Origin: a virus
Taxonomy: Duplodnaviria > Caudoviricetes
Direction: 5' to 3' (one strand)
IMG/VR virus record: IMGVR_UViG_3300033516_000099
Location: 1-31,516 of that record
Length of the DNA: 31,516 nt
The notes below the pieces were generated by a model that saw only the letters and a list, made by a program, of their open reading frames with translations, ran no database searches and had not been told where the DNA came from. Positions within the stretch are counted from its first letter, which is position 1. Every line of letters begins with the position of its first letter. Below, in pieces: positions 1 through 9,030 of the stretch. Made by a program: the position numbers and the translations under genes.

Positions 1-141
1 GTGTATTGAATTGTGATTTGACAGCGTAACGGCAAGCGAAGAAAGAAAAGCGAAGTCGCCACCGGAAACTATGTCGATTGATTGCGTTGAAAACCGAACG
101 CCGTCTTTTTTCAACAAAAGGCCGGAAAAGTATTCGTCAAC
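1..141. repeat. Terminal direct repeat, copy 1 (assembly circularity overlap)
   Basis: 1-141 is identical to 31376-31516. The repeat falls inside a coding frame, so it is an assembler overlap rather than a biological terminus. Confidence 0.95.
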
Positions 142-297
142 TACCGGCGTACCATCTTCAAAAGTGTCGGTCGGCGCTGGCGAATATCCATCGGTCACAA
201 ACCGGAAAACGCCATTGTTTAGCTCAATTTCGGCGTCGGTAATCGTCGAATCGGTCACAATTTCAACAGCGTAATGAATTTTGTATAAAGTATTCAC
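1..297 (-). CDS. 5' part of the large tail hub/tip protein, continuing across the origin to 28220
   Basis: GTG at 297-295, just after the stop of 300..1052, opens MNTLYKIHYAVEIVTDSTITDAEIELNNGVFRFVTDGYSPAPTDTFEDGTPVVDEYFSGLLLKKDGVRF. This is in frame with the 1090-aa ORF, giving 1150 aa in total. Confidence 0.85.
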   Translation of the reverse strand, partial: MNTLYKIHYAVEIVTDSTITDAEIELNNGVFRFVTDGYSPAPTDTFEDGTPVVDEYFSGLLLKKDGVRFSTQSIDIVSGGDFAFLSSLAVTLSNHNSIH

Positions 298-299
298 AA

Positions 300-1052
300 T
301 TAACCAACTTTCACAAGATCAATAGAAACCCGAAAATATATCGCCGAAATACGCTCGAACTCGAAAGCGTCCTTCGAATCATCGAAAACAACAACATGAA
401 CCCCGCCGCCAGCAACCGCCCCGAACATATTCGAAACCCCGAAAAATCCATCGGTGATAGGGAAAGCCGTTCCGCGCTGATTCCGGCGGAAGTTCATGTA
501 TTTTTTCAAATCTTCGCGGTTCAAAATTGCCGACGCGCTGAACTGATAGCGGTCTTTTTCAGAATCGAAAAAATAGTTGTTCCGGTTGTACGTTTCTGAA
601 ACGCTCGAATTCCAAACCCCGCCGCCGCGCCATTTTGCAGATATACAACGAACAGAAGTCGGCAAGACGGTTTCGCCTTCAAACGAAAGGTCGGTCGCAA
701 GAAACGAAACGGTCAAATTGTAAACGTTGCGCGTTGTCCCCTCTTCAATACTAATCTTTGAAACAACGGCCGAAATCACGCCGGAATGATTCACGTTTTC
801 ACCGAAGAAATGCTCTTCGAATTCCGAAAGTTCGACCGCAATTCCGGCGACTCTTATGCGGTCCAGTTCTTCGACTATTTCGGAAATTTCCGTTCGCTTT
901 CCCTTGAAAACGAACTCCGTTTCGTATCGGTCGCTAGCCGCGCCGCGGTCGATCGAATGCAAATTTCCGTCGGTCGTTTCCGCGAATCGGTAATTATAGA
1001 AAACTCTTGGTTTGTATTCGCGAACCTTTGCCGCGACGTTCCCGATTTTCAT
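300..1052 (-). CDS. Putative distal tail (Dit-like) protein, 250 aa
   Basis: Immediately follows the TMP with an ATGA overlap and precedes the hub protein. Positional inference only. Confidence 0.55.
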   Translation of the reverse strand: MKIGNVAAKVREYKPRVFYNYRFAETTDGNLHSIDRGAASDRYETEFVFKGKRTEISEIVEELDRIRVAGIAVELSEFEEHFFGENVNHSGVISAVVSKISIEEGTTRNVYNLTVSFLATDLSFEGETVLPTSVRCISAKWRGGGVWNSSVSETYNRNNYFFDSEKDRYQFSASAILNREDLKKYMNFRRNQRGTAFPITDGFFGVSNMFGAVAGGGVHVVVFDDSKDAFEFERISAIYFRVSIDLVKVG

Positions 1053-3703
1053 ATTGTTCGTCCGTTCGCCTTTAATTCAATCAACATATCTTCAAGCTCA
1101 CGCAATTCGTTTTCTCTTACGTTTCCATAAATATTGACATTTACGTTTCCGCCGCCGCCGGTTGTACCGTTTGCAATGTCATAAAGTCGCCTCTGCTGTC
1201 TTGCATTAAAGAACATTTCACCCGATTGCGCCGTTACAACTCTATTGTCTCCGTTCATCACTGGCGCGCCGTTGAACCCGTCAACCGGTCCCCCGCTCGA
1301 AAACGATTGCATTTCAGAACTGATTCGGGCCGTATTCGCCGCCGCCGCGCCCAAAACTAGCGCGGTCGTTCCGGCCCCAAATCCAGCAATCAACGCCGGC
1401 GCCGCAAACCCGAACGGAGCGAACGCTTGCGCATAACCACCCCAAATCGAAGGAATCGAAGAAACCGCGCCGGCCCAAGTCTGCGCGATTTGCATTCGAC
1501 CTTTTCTCTTCGCGATTTCCCGTTCGCGCTCCTCGGTTTCTTTCGCAATCTTCTTTTCTTCGATTTGCCGCCGGCGGCCGGTCACGATCATCATTGAAAG
1601 CTTTTCGTTTTGCGCTTCTTTCCATTTTTCAAGTTCTCTTTGTTCCCGCGATACGGAAAGTTCGAAGAGCGATTCGCCCAGCGTCGCCATAGCATCGACG
1701 CCGACTTGCGCCGCCATGAATGCCCCGTTCACGATTTCCTCTTGCTCTTCGGTTGTTCCGAACAGCATCGACAAAGCATTCGGCCGGCGTTGTTCGCCGT
1801 TTTTGTCCATGTTTGCAACGAACTTTTCGATTTGACCGGAAATTTTCGCATCGTCCAAAAATTCAAAATCTGCAAAGCCGAATTGTTCTGATTCGAGCAA
1901 CGCAAGCGCGGCCGCCTTTTCGCGCTCAATTGCGGCAAGTCGGGCCGAAGTGTACAAAGGAATTAAACCGGCGCCGGAATCGGCCCCGTCGATCATGTCT
2001 CGCATAAATTCCGCGCGGCTTTCTTGTATCTTCTCAAGTTCGAGCGTAAGCGACTGGCGATTCGCGGCGATTGCGTCGGCGGTTTTCTTGTCGCCGGATT
2101 TGCGCGCGGCTTCAATCGAATCGTCGAATTTTTTGATTTGAGATTCAATGTCGCGCAACGTGTCCGCGTAAGCGTCGGAAATGTCGTCGCCAAGATTCCG
2201 AAGCGACATTTTTTCGACTTCGACTTGCGATTCAAATTTTTTAGAAAGTATACCGGACCGGCCGCCAAGCGCGCGCCGAACGTCCGCGTTCATTTTGTCG
2301 GAACCGGCCGCAAGATCGGCGAATATGTCGGCGGTCGTTTTCGCCTTTTGGCTTTCGATTGCTTCAAGACGCCGCAAAAGATCGATCGTTTTTTCGAGTT
2401 CTTCGTTTTCTGTTTTTCGGGCCTTTGCGTTATCGGTTACAACCGGCGTAACTTTCCGAAGTGAATCGGCTTGTTGTTCGCCGGCTTCAATCGCCTTTTT
2501 GCCGTCGAATGTCCAGTCGGTAAACATTCGCGAAATCGATTCGTTCGTTTTGTTTGCTTGCTTTTCGATTCCTTCGAATGAACTTTTTGTGTATTCATCG
2601 ACGAACGAATACAATTCCGTCGCGGCCGCTAATGGCATCCCGAAAGCGCGGCCCAAAGCTTCGGCGCCTTTCACAATGTATTTCGTCGCTTGCAAGAATC
2701 CGACAACGACCAAATTGAATATTTCGCCGGTCATTAGCATTGCATCGGTCACGACATTGAAAGCTTGCGTTAATTTAGTTGCAACGATTCCGACGCCCGA
2801 AAGAACGTTTCCGAGAACAACCGCCGCGCCGGTGATAATATCCCAGCCGGCCGAATCGGAAATCGTGTCGGTCAATTCTGCAAATGTTCCGACAAGCGGT
2901 TCTAGCGCGGTCTGTTTCAACTTCAAAAAAAGCGCGTTTACTTCGGTTTGGTTTCTCTTGACCTGCGCGGAACTGGCCGCCATTTTCCCCGATGTTGAAA
3001 CATACCGGTCGCCGGCGTCGCCTAAAAGTTCGAGTTCTTGCCGGCCGGCGTTTAACAGCGGCGTCATTTTCGAAGACGATTCGCCGAACAATTTCGACGC
3101 CAGCGCGTTTCGTTGCGTTCTGTTTTCCATAGTAGAAAGCGAAAGAATTGTTTCTTTCAAAACGTCGTTATTGCTTCGCATATTTCCGGCGGCGTCAACC
3201 GTCGCGACGCCCAGCTCTTTGAAAACGTTCGCCGCTTCTTTTGAGCCGTTGCGCGCTTCGAGCATTTTCATTGTCATTTGTTGCAATGAAACTCTCAATT
3301 CGCTTGTCGTTAAGCCGTTTCTTTGCAAAACCAAATCCCATTTTTGATACTCTTCGGCGGTCGTGTTTAATACTTGCGACTGAATCGAAATTTCCGCGCC
3401 AACTTTTGAAGTTTCCAATAGAAACTTATACATTGCTGCCGAAGCGAAAGCAACCGCCCCGCCAAGCTTCAAGAATGACGCCGATATACCGGTCAATGCA
3501 GAACCGGCCGTCGCGACCGCTTCGCCAGTTTTAACCGCTTCTTTTCCGAACTTGCCGATTGCGGTTCCGTCGAACGCCGCCGACATTGTTTTACCGGTCG
3601 ATTTCACCTTTTGCGCGAACTTGTCAACGCCGAATTGTATTTGATCTAATGACTTGTAAAAGCCGCTCGAATCTAGCTTAATTCCTAAAACGATCGCGTC
3701 CAT
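1049..3703 (-). CDS. Tail tape measure protein, 884 aa
   Basis: Long Ala-rich helical protein with TMP core motifs (FKELGVATVDAAGNMRS, ALASKLFGESSSKMTPLLNAG), hydrophobic segments and a C-terminal FSSGG..GEM motif. RBS AAAAAGGGG. Confidence 0.9.
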   Translation of the reverse strand: MDAIVLGIKLDSSGFYKSLDQIQFGVDKFAQKVKSTGKTMSAAFDGTAIGKFGKEAVKTGEAVATAGSALTGISASFLKLGGAVAFASAAMYKFLLETSKVGAEISIQSQVLNTTAEEYQKWDLVLQRNGLTTSELRVSLQQMTMKMLEARNGSKEAANVFKELGVATVDAAGNMRSNNDVLKETILSLSTMENRTQRNALASKLFGESSSKMTPLLNAGRQELELLGDAGDRYVSTSGKMAASSAQVKRNQTEVNALFLKLKQTALEPLVGTFAELTDTISDSAGWDIITGAAVVLGNVLSGVGIVATKLTQAFNVVTDAMLMTGEIFNLVVVGFLQATKYIVKGAEALGRAFGMPLAAATELYSFVDEYTKSSFEGIEKQANKTNESISRMFTDWTFDGKKAIEAGEQQADSLRKVTPVVTDNAKARKTENEELEKTIDLLRRLEAIESQKAKTTADIFADLAAGSDKMNADVRRALGGRSGILSKKFESQVEVEKMSLRNLGDDISDAYADTLRDIESQIKKFDDSIEAARKSGDKKTADAIAANRQSLTLELEKIQESRAEFMRDMIDGADSGAGLIPLYTSARLAAIEREKAAALALLESEQFGFADFEFLDDAKISGQIEKFVANMDKNGEQRRPNALSMLFGTTEEQEEIVNGAFMAAQVGVDAMATLGESLFELSVSREQRELEKWKEAQNEKLSMMIVTGRRRQIEEKKIAKETEEREREIAKRKGRMQIAQTWAGAVSSIPSIWGGYAQAFAPFGFAAPALIAGFGAGTTALVLGAAAANTARISSEMQSFSSGGPVDGFNGAPVMNGDNRVVTAQSGEMFFNARQQRRLYDIANGTTGGGGNVNVNIYGNVRENELRELEDMLIELKANGRTI

Positions 3704-3715
3704 TTGAACCCCTTT

Positions 3716-4111
3716 TTATAAATTAGGCAAAACCCCGCCGCCGTTTGTTTTCGATTTGAGAAACCCGTTTTTCGCCGCGTTGTATTTCTTTGTGAATTCC
3801 CAAACAAACGAAATTGTATCGCGTGGGTGCAAAGGTGTGTTAAATTCTTTGTAAAACGAAACCAGTTCGTATAAATCATAGACAAACGGCGGGATTTGCG
3901 ATATCGGACAATTAAAATATTCTGTGTCGGTCGTTGTGCTATAAAAGACGCTTTCTTCTGAATCTTCGAATTCGCCGCGCTCGAATTCCGGCAAAAAACA
4001 ACAGCGTCGTTCGATTTGGTCGGCGTGTTCGCAATCGTTACACGAAAAAGGAACCCCGCCCGAATGTATCAAAGCCAGCGTTTCAACCGCTGATTCGAAA
4101 TATTTAAACAT
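3716..4111 (-). CDS. Pre-TMP tail assembly chaperone-like protein, Cys-rich, 131 aa
   Basis: Lies directly before the TMP. CxxC..CC..CP pattern. RBS GAGGTGA. Confidence 0.55.
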   Translation of the reverse strand: MFKYFESAVETLALIHSGGVPFSCNDCEHADQIERRCCFLPEFERGEFEDSEESVFYSTTTDTEYFNCPISQIPPFVYDLYELVSFYKEFNTPLHPRDTISFVWEFTKKYNAAKNGFLKSKTNGGGVLPNL

Positions 4112-4126
4112 TGTATCACCTCAATG

Positions 4127-4155
4127 AAAAAGGGAACGTTTTTCGCGTTCCCTTT
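4127..4155 (-). terminator. Intrinsic terminator, probably bidirectional
   Basis: AAAGGGAACG-loop-CGTTCCCTTT followed by further Ts on the minus strand. Confidence 0.75.
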
Positions 4156-4176
4156 GGTTTATTCATTCTTTAGTAT

Positions 4177-4617
4177 CTACGCAAGGCCGGCGATCTGATA
4201 GAGCAATTTCAACAAATGCGCTTTCAATCCTACCGGCAAAGCGGCGAACGTTTCAAAATCGGCCGGCGGGGTTTCCGCAACGGTTGAATCGGCTTTGAAT
4301 TCGAATTCGTACCCCGTTGTCAGATCATAAAGACCGGACCAGCCGCAAACGTGCGCGCGAACTAATTCATTCAACGCGTTTTCAAGTTCAACGGCTTCGG
4401 TTTCCGTTTTTCCTTCGGAAAGCGTCGCGCGGCGCTTTTCCTTCAAAATTCCGACGCTTTCCGTTGTAAGCATTTTCATTTTGAAAGTTGGCCAATATTC
4501 CGCGGGAACGCCTTCAATTTCGATTGGGCATTCGACCGTTTTCGAAACAACCGAAAACCCTTTTAGTTTCGAAAGCATTTCCGGCGAAAGCTTTGATTTT
4601 TTAGTTGTCGCCATCAT
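4177..4617 (-). CDS. Tail assembly chaperone
   Basis: Located between the tail tube and TMP genes, with a HVCGWSGLYD motif of the kind seen in tail chaperones. ATG at 4617 or 4614 is preferred over the TTG at 4635. Confidence 0.65.
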   Translation of the reverse strand: MMATTKKSKLSPEMLSKLKGFSVVSKTVECPIEIEGVPAEYWPTFKMKMLTTESVGILKEKRRATLSEGKTETEAVELENALNELVRAHVCGWSGLYDLTTGYEFEFKADSTVAETPPADFETFAALPVGLKAHLLKLLYQIAGLA

Positions 4618-5326
4618 CGCCGCCGATTTCGACAATCAAAGAACCCGCGGCGTACTTTTCCGAATCAATAATCGCGTGAACGATCATTTCTTTGGAATCA
4701 CCGGTTTTCACTTCGATTTCATTGTCGCCGGCGATCTTTTTCAAATCGTCTTTTTTAAGCTTCATAAAGTCGGCTTCTGTCAAGTGTCCGGCTTTTTCAT
4801 TTTCAAGGTTTGGCGCGTCCGCTTTTTTACCTTCGGCGGCGTCCAAAAGTTGATTCAAGAATTCGTCGGAATTGTTCGCTTTTCTTGCGCGGTTGAATCT
4901 TGCGAGCGTTTCGGTTCTTACGTTTACATTCGGCATTTTTGGCCCCTCTTCAAATAGGTTTTTGTTGTAAGCAATCGCCGAAACTACATTTTCGGCAACA
5001 TCGGAAAAAGTAACGGTTTTTATTTCATCTCGAAACATTTTGATCGAGTTCACAAACTTCGGATAAACGCCCCGAATATACGGGAACAAATAGGTTTCGA
5101 AGTTGCTTTTGAGGTTCCAATTTTTAAGAGCGCGCAATATTTCGAGCCGGTATATTTGAAGATAATCGTCGCGCAAATCGAATTTTATATCGGGAATCTT
5201 TTTCGAAACTAGCGGGAAATAATGCCGCTCGATTTTCAGAAAAAGCGCGTTCCTTTCGGCCTTGCCTTCGGCGCGGCGATAGCTTATGGCCATTTTTGAA
5301 AGTTCCGACGCTTCTATTTCCGACAT
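4601..5326 (-). CDS. Sigma-70 region-2-like domain fused to an RHH-like and Rho-N/HeH-like C-terminal part
   Basis: N-terminal HYFPLV..DDYLQ..LEILRALKNWN..NFETYLFPYIRG resembles sigma region 2. C-terminal LKKDDLKKIA..EIEV..SKEMIVHAI resembles Rho_N. An internal in-frame RBS (GAGGGG) with ATG lies at 4936. Confidence 0.65.
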   Translation of the reverse strand: MSEIEASELSKMAISYRRAEGKAERNALFLKIERHYFPLVSKKIPDIKFDLRDDYLQIYRLEILRALKNWNLKSNFETYLFPYIRGVYPKFVNSIKMFRDEIKTVTFSDVAENVVSAIAYNKNLFEEGPKMPNVNVRTETLARFNRARKANNSDEFLNQLLDAAEGKKADAPNLENEKAGHLTEADFMKLKKDDLKKIAGDNEIEVKTGDSKEMIVHAIIDSEKYAAGSLIVEIGGDDGDN

Positions 5327-5339
5327 TTCAAAACCCTAT

Positions 5340-5370
5340 AAAAAAGGAACCGAACATTCGCCCGATCCCC
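5340..5370 (-). terminator. Probable intrinsic terminator after the major tail gene
   Basis: GGGGATCGGGC-GAAT-GTTCGGTTCC-TTTTTT, a G-U-rich stem that folds on the minus strand. Confidence 0.55.
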
Positions 5371-5398
5371 AATATAAAACAAAAACAAAACGAAAAAC

Positions 5399-6508
5399 TC
5401 AATAGTCCGCGATTTTTTCTTTGAACCCGATAAAATACGGTATTTCGGAAACGTTCGCGGGAATCGATGGCGTCGGAATCCACAAAGGCGAATCGCCATC
5501 GATATTGACCAGCGCGCGCGCCGTCATTTTGTTTCGCAAAATTCCGTTCGCGTCTTCGATCGTTTGCGCGTTGATTTGAGCGCGCGCAATGAAGATTGAA
5601 AAGAATTCCGAATCGAATTCAATTTTGTAAAACGTTTCCGTTGAAATGGCTTTGAACCAGTCGAACGCGGAAAGCGATTTCAAAAGCGGGTTTAATACGA
5701 AAGTCGGTTCAATTCCATCAATAACAAAGTTTTTTATTCCCGATTCAGTGTTTTGACATTCGATCGGAATGATATTGTTCCCGCTCTGAAAGTCGATCGA
5801 CGTGATACAAAAAGAAGATTCGTCGCCGCTCTTCAAATCGGTAAACTTGACCGTTGTATTTCGAAGAGAATCGGCAACGGTTCTTTGCACAAAATCGGCC
5901 GCCAGTTTTGGAACGTCGGCATTTCCAGCGCGGTTTTCCGGCGCTTCAAGCTTGCCGGAATAGTCGAATTTAATCATAAAAGGCTTTGCGGTTCCTTCGG
6001 CCGTGATTCCGAAGTTACCAATCGCGCCGGCGGCTTTGCGCAAAGTAAATTCGTCGTCTTCGCCATCATAAGCGACATAACAAGCCGAAACGGTTTTTTC
6101 GCTTTCGGTTTGCGACGGGTAAAAGACATGAGTTCCGACGGCGTTATTTGTCGCACTCAAACCGACAGAAAGCTTTTTCATTCCGCAAGAATTAAAGAAT
6201 TCCCCGAATTCTAAAACGTGTTTTGCGTCGGTCGGCGTTGCGGGAACCGTCGCCGGCGTGAATTCCCCCGCCGTAACTTTCATTGACAAACCGATTTTTG
6301 CTTTTAGCTGGCCGACAATCGATTCGTCGGCGCCATGCCAAGTACCGGTCGCAAATTTGCTTTTTTCGTCGTCGCGGTCGATTTCATCTTCAAAGGAAAT
6401 TTCGCGCGCTCGAAAACGAACGTCGTCGGTTGTCACGGTTGTTTCGAATACGCCGGCGACGGCTTCGGGCTTAATCGCCAGCAATTCGGAGTTTTTGAGA
6501 ATCGCCAT
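5399..6508 (-). CDS. Major tail tube protein
   Basis: N-terminal LLAIKPEAVAG motif, about 370 aa, located after the head-tail joining genes. ATG at 6508 with RBS AAAGG. Confidence 0.8.
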   Translation of the reverse strand: MAILKNSELLAIKPEAVAGVFETTVTTDDVRFRAREISFEDEIDRDDEKSKFATGTWHGADESIVGQLKAKIGLSMKVTAGEFTPATVPATPTDAKHVLEFGEFFNSCGMKKLSVGLSATNNAVGTHVFYPSQTESEKTVSACYVAYDGEDDEFTLRKAAGAIGNFGITAEGTAKPFMIKFDYSGKLEAPENRAGNADVPKLAADFVQRTVADSLRNTTVKFTDLKSGDESSFCITSIDFQSGNNIIPIECQNTESGIKNFVIDGIEPTFVLNPLLKSLSAFDWFKAISTETFYKIEFDSEFFSIFIARAQINAQTIEDANGILRNKMTARALVNIDGDSPLWIPTPSIPANVSEIPYFIGFKEKIADY

Positions 6509-6548
6509 TTGTGAACCTTTCAAAAAATTGGAATTTGGTATACTCTAT

Positions 6549-6560
6549 TTATTAGGCCGG
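6549..6560 (-). promoter_or_regulatory. Candidate late promoter motif CCGGCCTAATAA
   Basis: Identical 12-mer also at 9947-9958. About 41 nt upstream of the tail tube start. Confidence 0.6.
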
Positions 6561-6563
6561 CTT

Positions 6564-7103
6564 TTATATACAAGCCTTCAAATCGGGGTTTCTTGTGTCG
6601 CGCGCAAACGTAAGAAGCCAGCGCGTTTCGACGGTTCCCGTTTGAATTCTGTCGTTCGTAACATCTTCGAAAACGCGCGTCATTGTCTGAAAATCAAACG
6701 ATTCGACAAGACCGCCCAAACGATAGTTTTCATTGAATAGAAAAAGCTGATCGGAAAAAGATTCGTTCATTTTTTCGCGAATCGCCTTTTTCGGGTTTTC
6801 TCCAGCGACGCCGGAATTGTGAACTTTGGCTTTTATCACTAATACGATTTGAAACAAATTTGACTTTTGCCCCGAAGAAAAACCGGCGGCCCGAACGCCG
6901 TCGGAATCTTCTATTCCGAATTCGTAATTGACGGCGGCCGCATCTTTCGACGCCGCGCGGTTTGACGCAATCGACAAAATTTCATCGAAAATTTGAACCG
7001 TTCCCGTTTCCGTATAATACGTATATCCGGTTGACTGCAAAGTTTTGTCGATTGAAAGCAACGCCGTTTCGATAGCCGCTTCTATTTTGTTCATGTATTC
7101 CAT
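6564..7103 (-). CDS. Putative tail terminator/completion protein, 179 aa
   Basis: Position immediately upstream of the tail tube gene. Size is typical. Confidence 0.55.
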   Translation of the reverse strand: MEYMNKIEAAIETALLSIDKTLQSTGYTYYTETGTVQIFDEILSIASNRAASKDAAAVNYEFGIEDSDGVRAAGFSSGQKSNLFQIVLVIKAKVHNSGVAGENPKKAIREKMNESFSDQLFLFNENYRLGGLVESFDFQTMTRVFEDVTNDRIQTGTVETRWLLTFARDTRNPDLKACI

Positions 7104-7104
7104 C

Positions 7105-7497
7105 TTATGACGTCCTAATTAATTTTCCAGTGAAAACAGCGCGCGCCGAAGTGATCGCGCCGGCGGTCCCTCTTATGATTTCCGGCGACAATTCAGAACG
7201 CTTCTTTTCCGCGCGGCCGTAAAACTTTTCCGACATTCGGACATATACGTCGTCTTCTGTTATTTCTACATTTGTAACGCCGATTGAGTCTTCGGCGAAT
7301 CGGTACGTCGCGAAATAGTTCATGAATGACTTTGCGGTGCTTGAAACCGGTTCGGCGATTTCATCTTCGAGAACGCCGCGGTCGTTTGCTAAATCTTTGA
7401 ATTCGTCGATCGCTTCGAGAACATAAGGTTCAAGCGCTTCGGCGGGGAATCGCTTCAAATGAGCGCTGGTAATGTCGGAAACTTCAAAAATTGCCAT
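7105..7497 (-). CDS. Putative head-tail adaptor, 130 aa
   Basis: Small helical protein in the connector region. RBS AAAGGGG. Confidence 0.55.
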   Translation of the reverse strand: MAIFEVSDITSAHLKRFPAEALEPYVLEAIDEFKDLANDRGVLEDEIAEPVSSTAKSFMNYFATYRFAEDSIGVTNVEITEDDVYVRMSEKFYGRAEKKRSELSPEIIRGTAGAITSARAVFTGKLIRTS

Positions 7498-7510
7498 AGG
7501 TGAAACCCCT

Positions 7511-7912
7511 TTACAAAAGTTTATTGAATTGCACTATCGCGCCGTTGAAAGCCGACGCGATACGCTGGCGAATATAGGTTTTGTTTTGTTCAAGTGCTTT
7601 GTCAAGAAACGGGTCAGGTTTCCATGTACCATGCCCCCGAATAATAAAAATACCGTATCGCGCTTTTTTAATATCAACGCGGAAAAGCATTCCGTTTTGG
7701 TCAGTCAACGAACCTTTCGTTTCGGTCGCGCCTTTTAGCCGGCCGGTTCGCTCTTGGTATCTGTGAACCTCTTCTTTTGCGGCGCGCAATAATCTTTGCG
7801 AAATATCCTTTTCGGCTTTCTTCAATTCCGGCGTAGAAATGACTTGAAACTTGCGCACAATGTCTCCGGCCAATTTGTTGACGTCGAAAGATACTTCAAT
7901 ATTTCCCGCCAT
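7511..7912 (-). CDS. HK97 gp10-like neck/tail-completion protein, 133 aa
   Basis: RTGRLKGA..ARYGIFI..GHG....DPFLDKAL motifs. ATG at 7912 overlaps the upstream TAA (TAATG). Confidence 0.7.
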   Translation of the reverse strand: MAGNIEVSFDVNKLAGDIVRKFQVISTPELKKAEKDISQRLLRAAKEEVHRYQERTGRLKGATETKGSLTDQNGMLFRVDIKKARYGIFIIRGHGTWKPDPFLDKALEQNKTYIRQRIASAFNGAIVQFNKLL

Positions 7913-8958
7913 TATTTCGCCGCCATGATTCGGAATCGTTTCAACTGGCATTTACAGTTCGGGTGCGTGTCTTCGATCGGAATCGGCGCGGCTTCGATCG
8001 GATAATTTCCGGCGCCGTAACCGATGTTTCGATTTGCGTGTTCGTCGCATATATCAAAAATGTCGTGATCGGGCGAAAGCGTATAGGAAACAACGAAAAC
8101 CATTCCGGCCGGCAAAGCCTTTTGTTCCTCTTTAAAACTGGCGACGTCTTGCGCTGTGACTTCGGAAACGTATTCGGTTTGGCCAAATCGTTTCACATTA
8201 TAGCCGGCCGCGTTTTCGACCGATACGCGAACGGCGTATTCGGTTTGGTTTGTGCGAACATCTTTTTCGATGTTCTGCAAAAGAGAATCGAACGCTTTTT
8301 TTCTTTCGCGATCTTCAAGAACGTCGTAATTTGCTGAAAACTTTTCAAATTCTTTTCGAAGAGCGTTTCGGCCGCGCAAAGCAATTTTGCGCCGCTCTTC
8401 GAGAATTGCAATATCGGCGGCGATTCTATCTTTTTGTGCAATCGTTAAATCGTCGCGCGAACCGGTCCGTTGTAGCTTATTGATTCGGCCGGTAATCTTT
8501 CGCGCGATTGTTGTTTTCGCTTCAATCGTTCCGTTTAAATCAGAAAGCGACGCGGCGATTCGTTCGACTGAATCTTCGGCGGCGTAACGTTTCAAACGAT
8601 CGATTCGACCGTTCAACGGTTGCGCGTTTTTCATAAGCGCTTTGTGCAGTCGTTCCGACGTTTGGCCGTCAAGAATCGGCAATAGCAAGTTGCCGTCTTT
8701 TGAATATGCGTACTCTTTGTAAAATTGCTTTTCGGTATAATCGGGCCGGCCGATTCTGATTGAATCGAAAACGAATTTTTTTGAAACATCTTGAAAGCCG
8801 CGTTCTGACAAAAACGAATAAACATCGTCAAAAAACTGTGTCGGTGTCAAACCGTTTTTTATCACTGGCAAATTTTCAACGGCGTCGGAAACTAGCGATT
8901 CAACAAACCGGTCGAAATCTATTCGCAAATCAATATATTCGTTTTCAAGTCGCGCCAA
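7912..8958 (-). CDS. Minor head protein (SPP1 gp7/Mu F-like)
   Basis: C-terminal DICD..HPNCKC signature. The start is revised to TTG at 8958 (RBS GCGGGG) because the TTG at 9012 lies upstream of, and reads through, the MCP terminator. Confidence 0.75.
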   Translation of the reverse strand: MARLENEYIDLRIDFDRFVESLVSDAVENLPVIKNGLTPTQFFDDVYSFLSERGFQDVSKKFVFDSIRIGRPDYTEKQFYKEYAYSKDGNLLLPILDGQTSERLHKALMKNAQPLNGRIDRLKRYAAEDSVERIAASLSDLNGTIEAKTTIARKITGRINKLQRTGSRDDLTIAQKDRIAADIAILEERRKIALRGRNALRKEFEKFSANYDVLEDRERKKAFDSLLQNIEKDVRTNQTEYAVRVSVENAAGYNVKRFGQTEYVSEVTAQDVASFKEEQKALPAGMVFVVSYTLSPDHDIFDICDEHANRNIGYGAGNYPIEAAPIPIEDTHPNCKCQLKRFRIMAAK

Positions 8959-8973
8959 AATTGCCCCGCTTTC

Positions 8974-9009
8974 AAAAAAGGGAACGGCCGAAAATAGCCG
9001 TTCCCTTTT
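8974..9009 (-). terminator. Intrinsic terminator after the major capsid gene
   Basis: AAAAGGGAACGGC-loop-GCCGTTCCCTTTTTT. Confidence 0.85.
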
Positions 9010-9030
9010 CAAGTTCTACGCGTCAAAAGG

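Noticed and set aside
1-141. Biological terminal repeat or att site
   Set aside because: It lies mid-gene, and its length matches a common assembler k-mer overlap.
2181-3347. 388-aa plus-strand ORF, and similar ones at 20103-21035, 22034-22540 and elsewhere
   Set aside because: These are antisense shadows of real minus-strand genes produced by codon bias. They are Ser/Phe/Arg-rich with no motifs.
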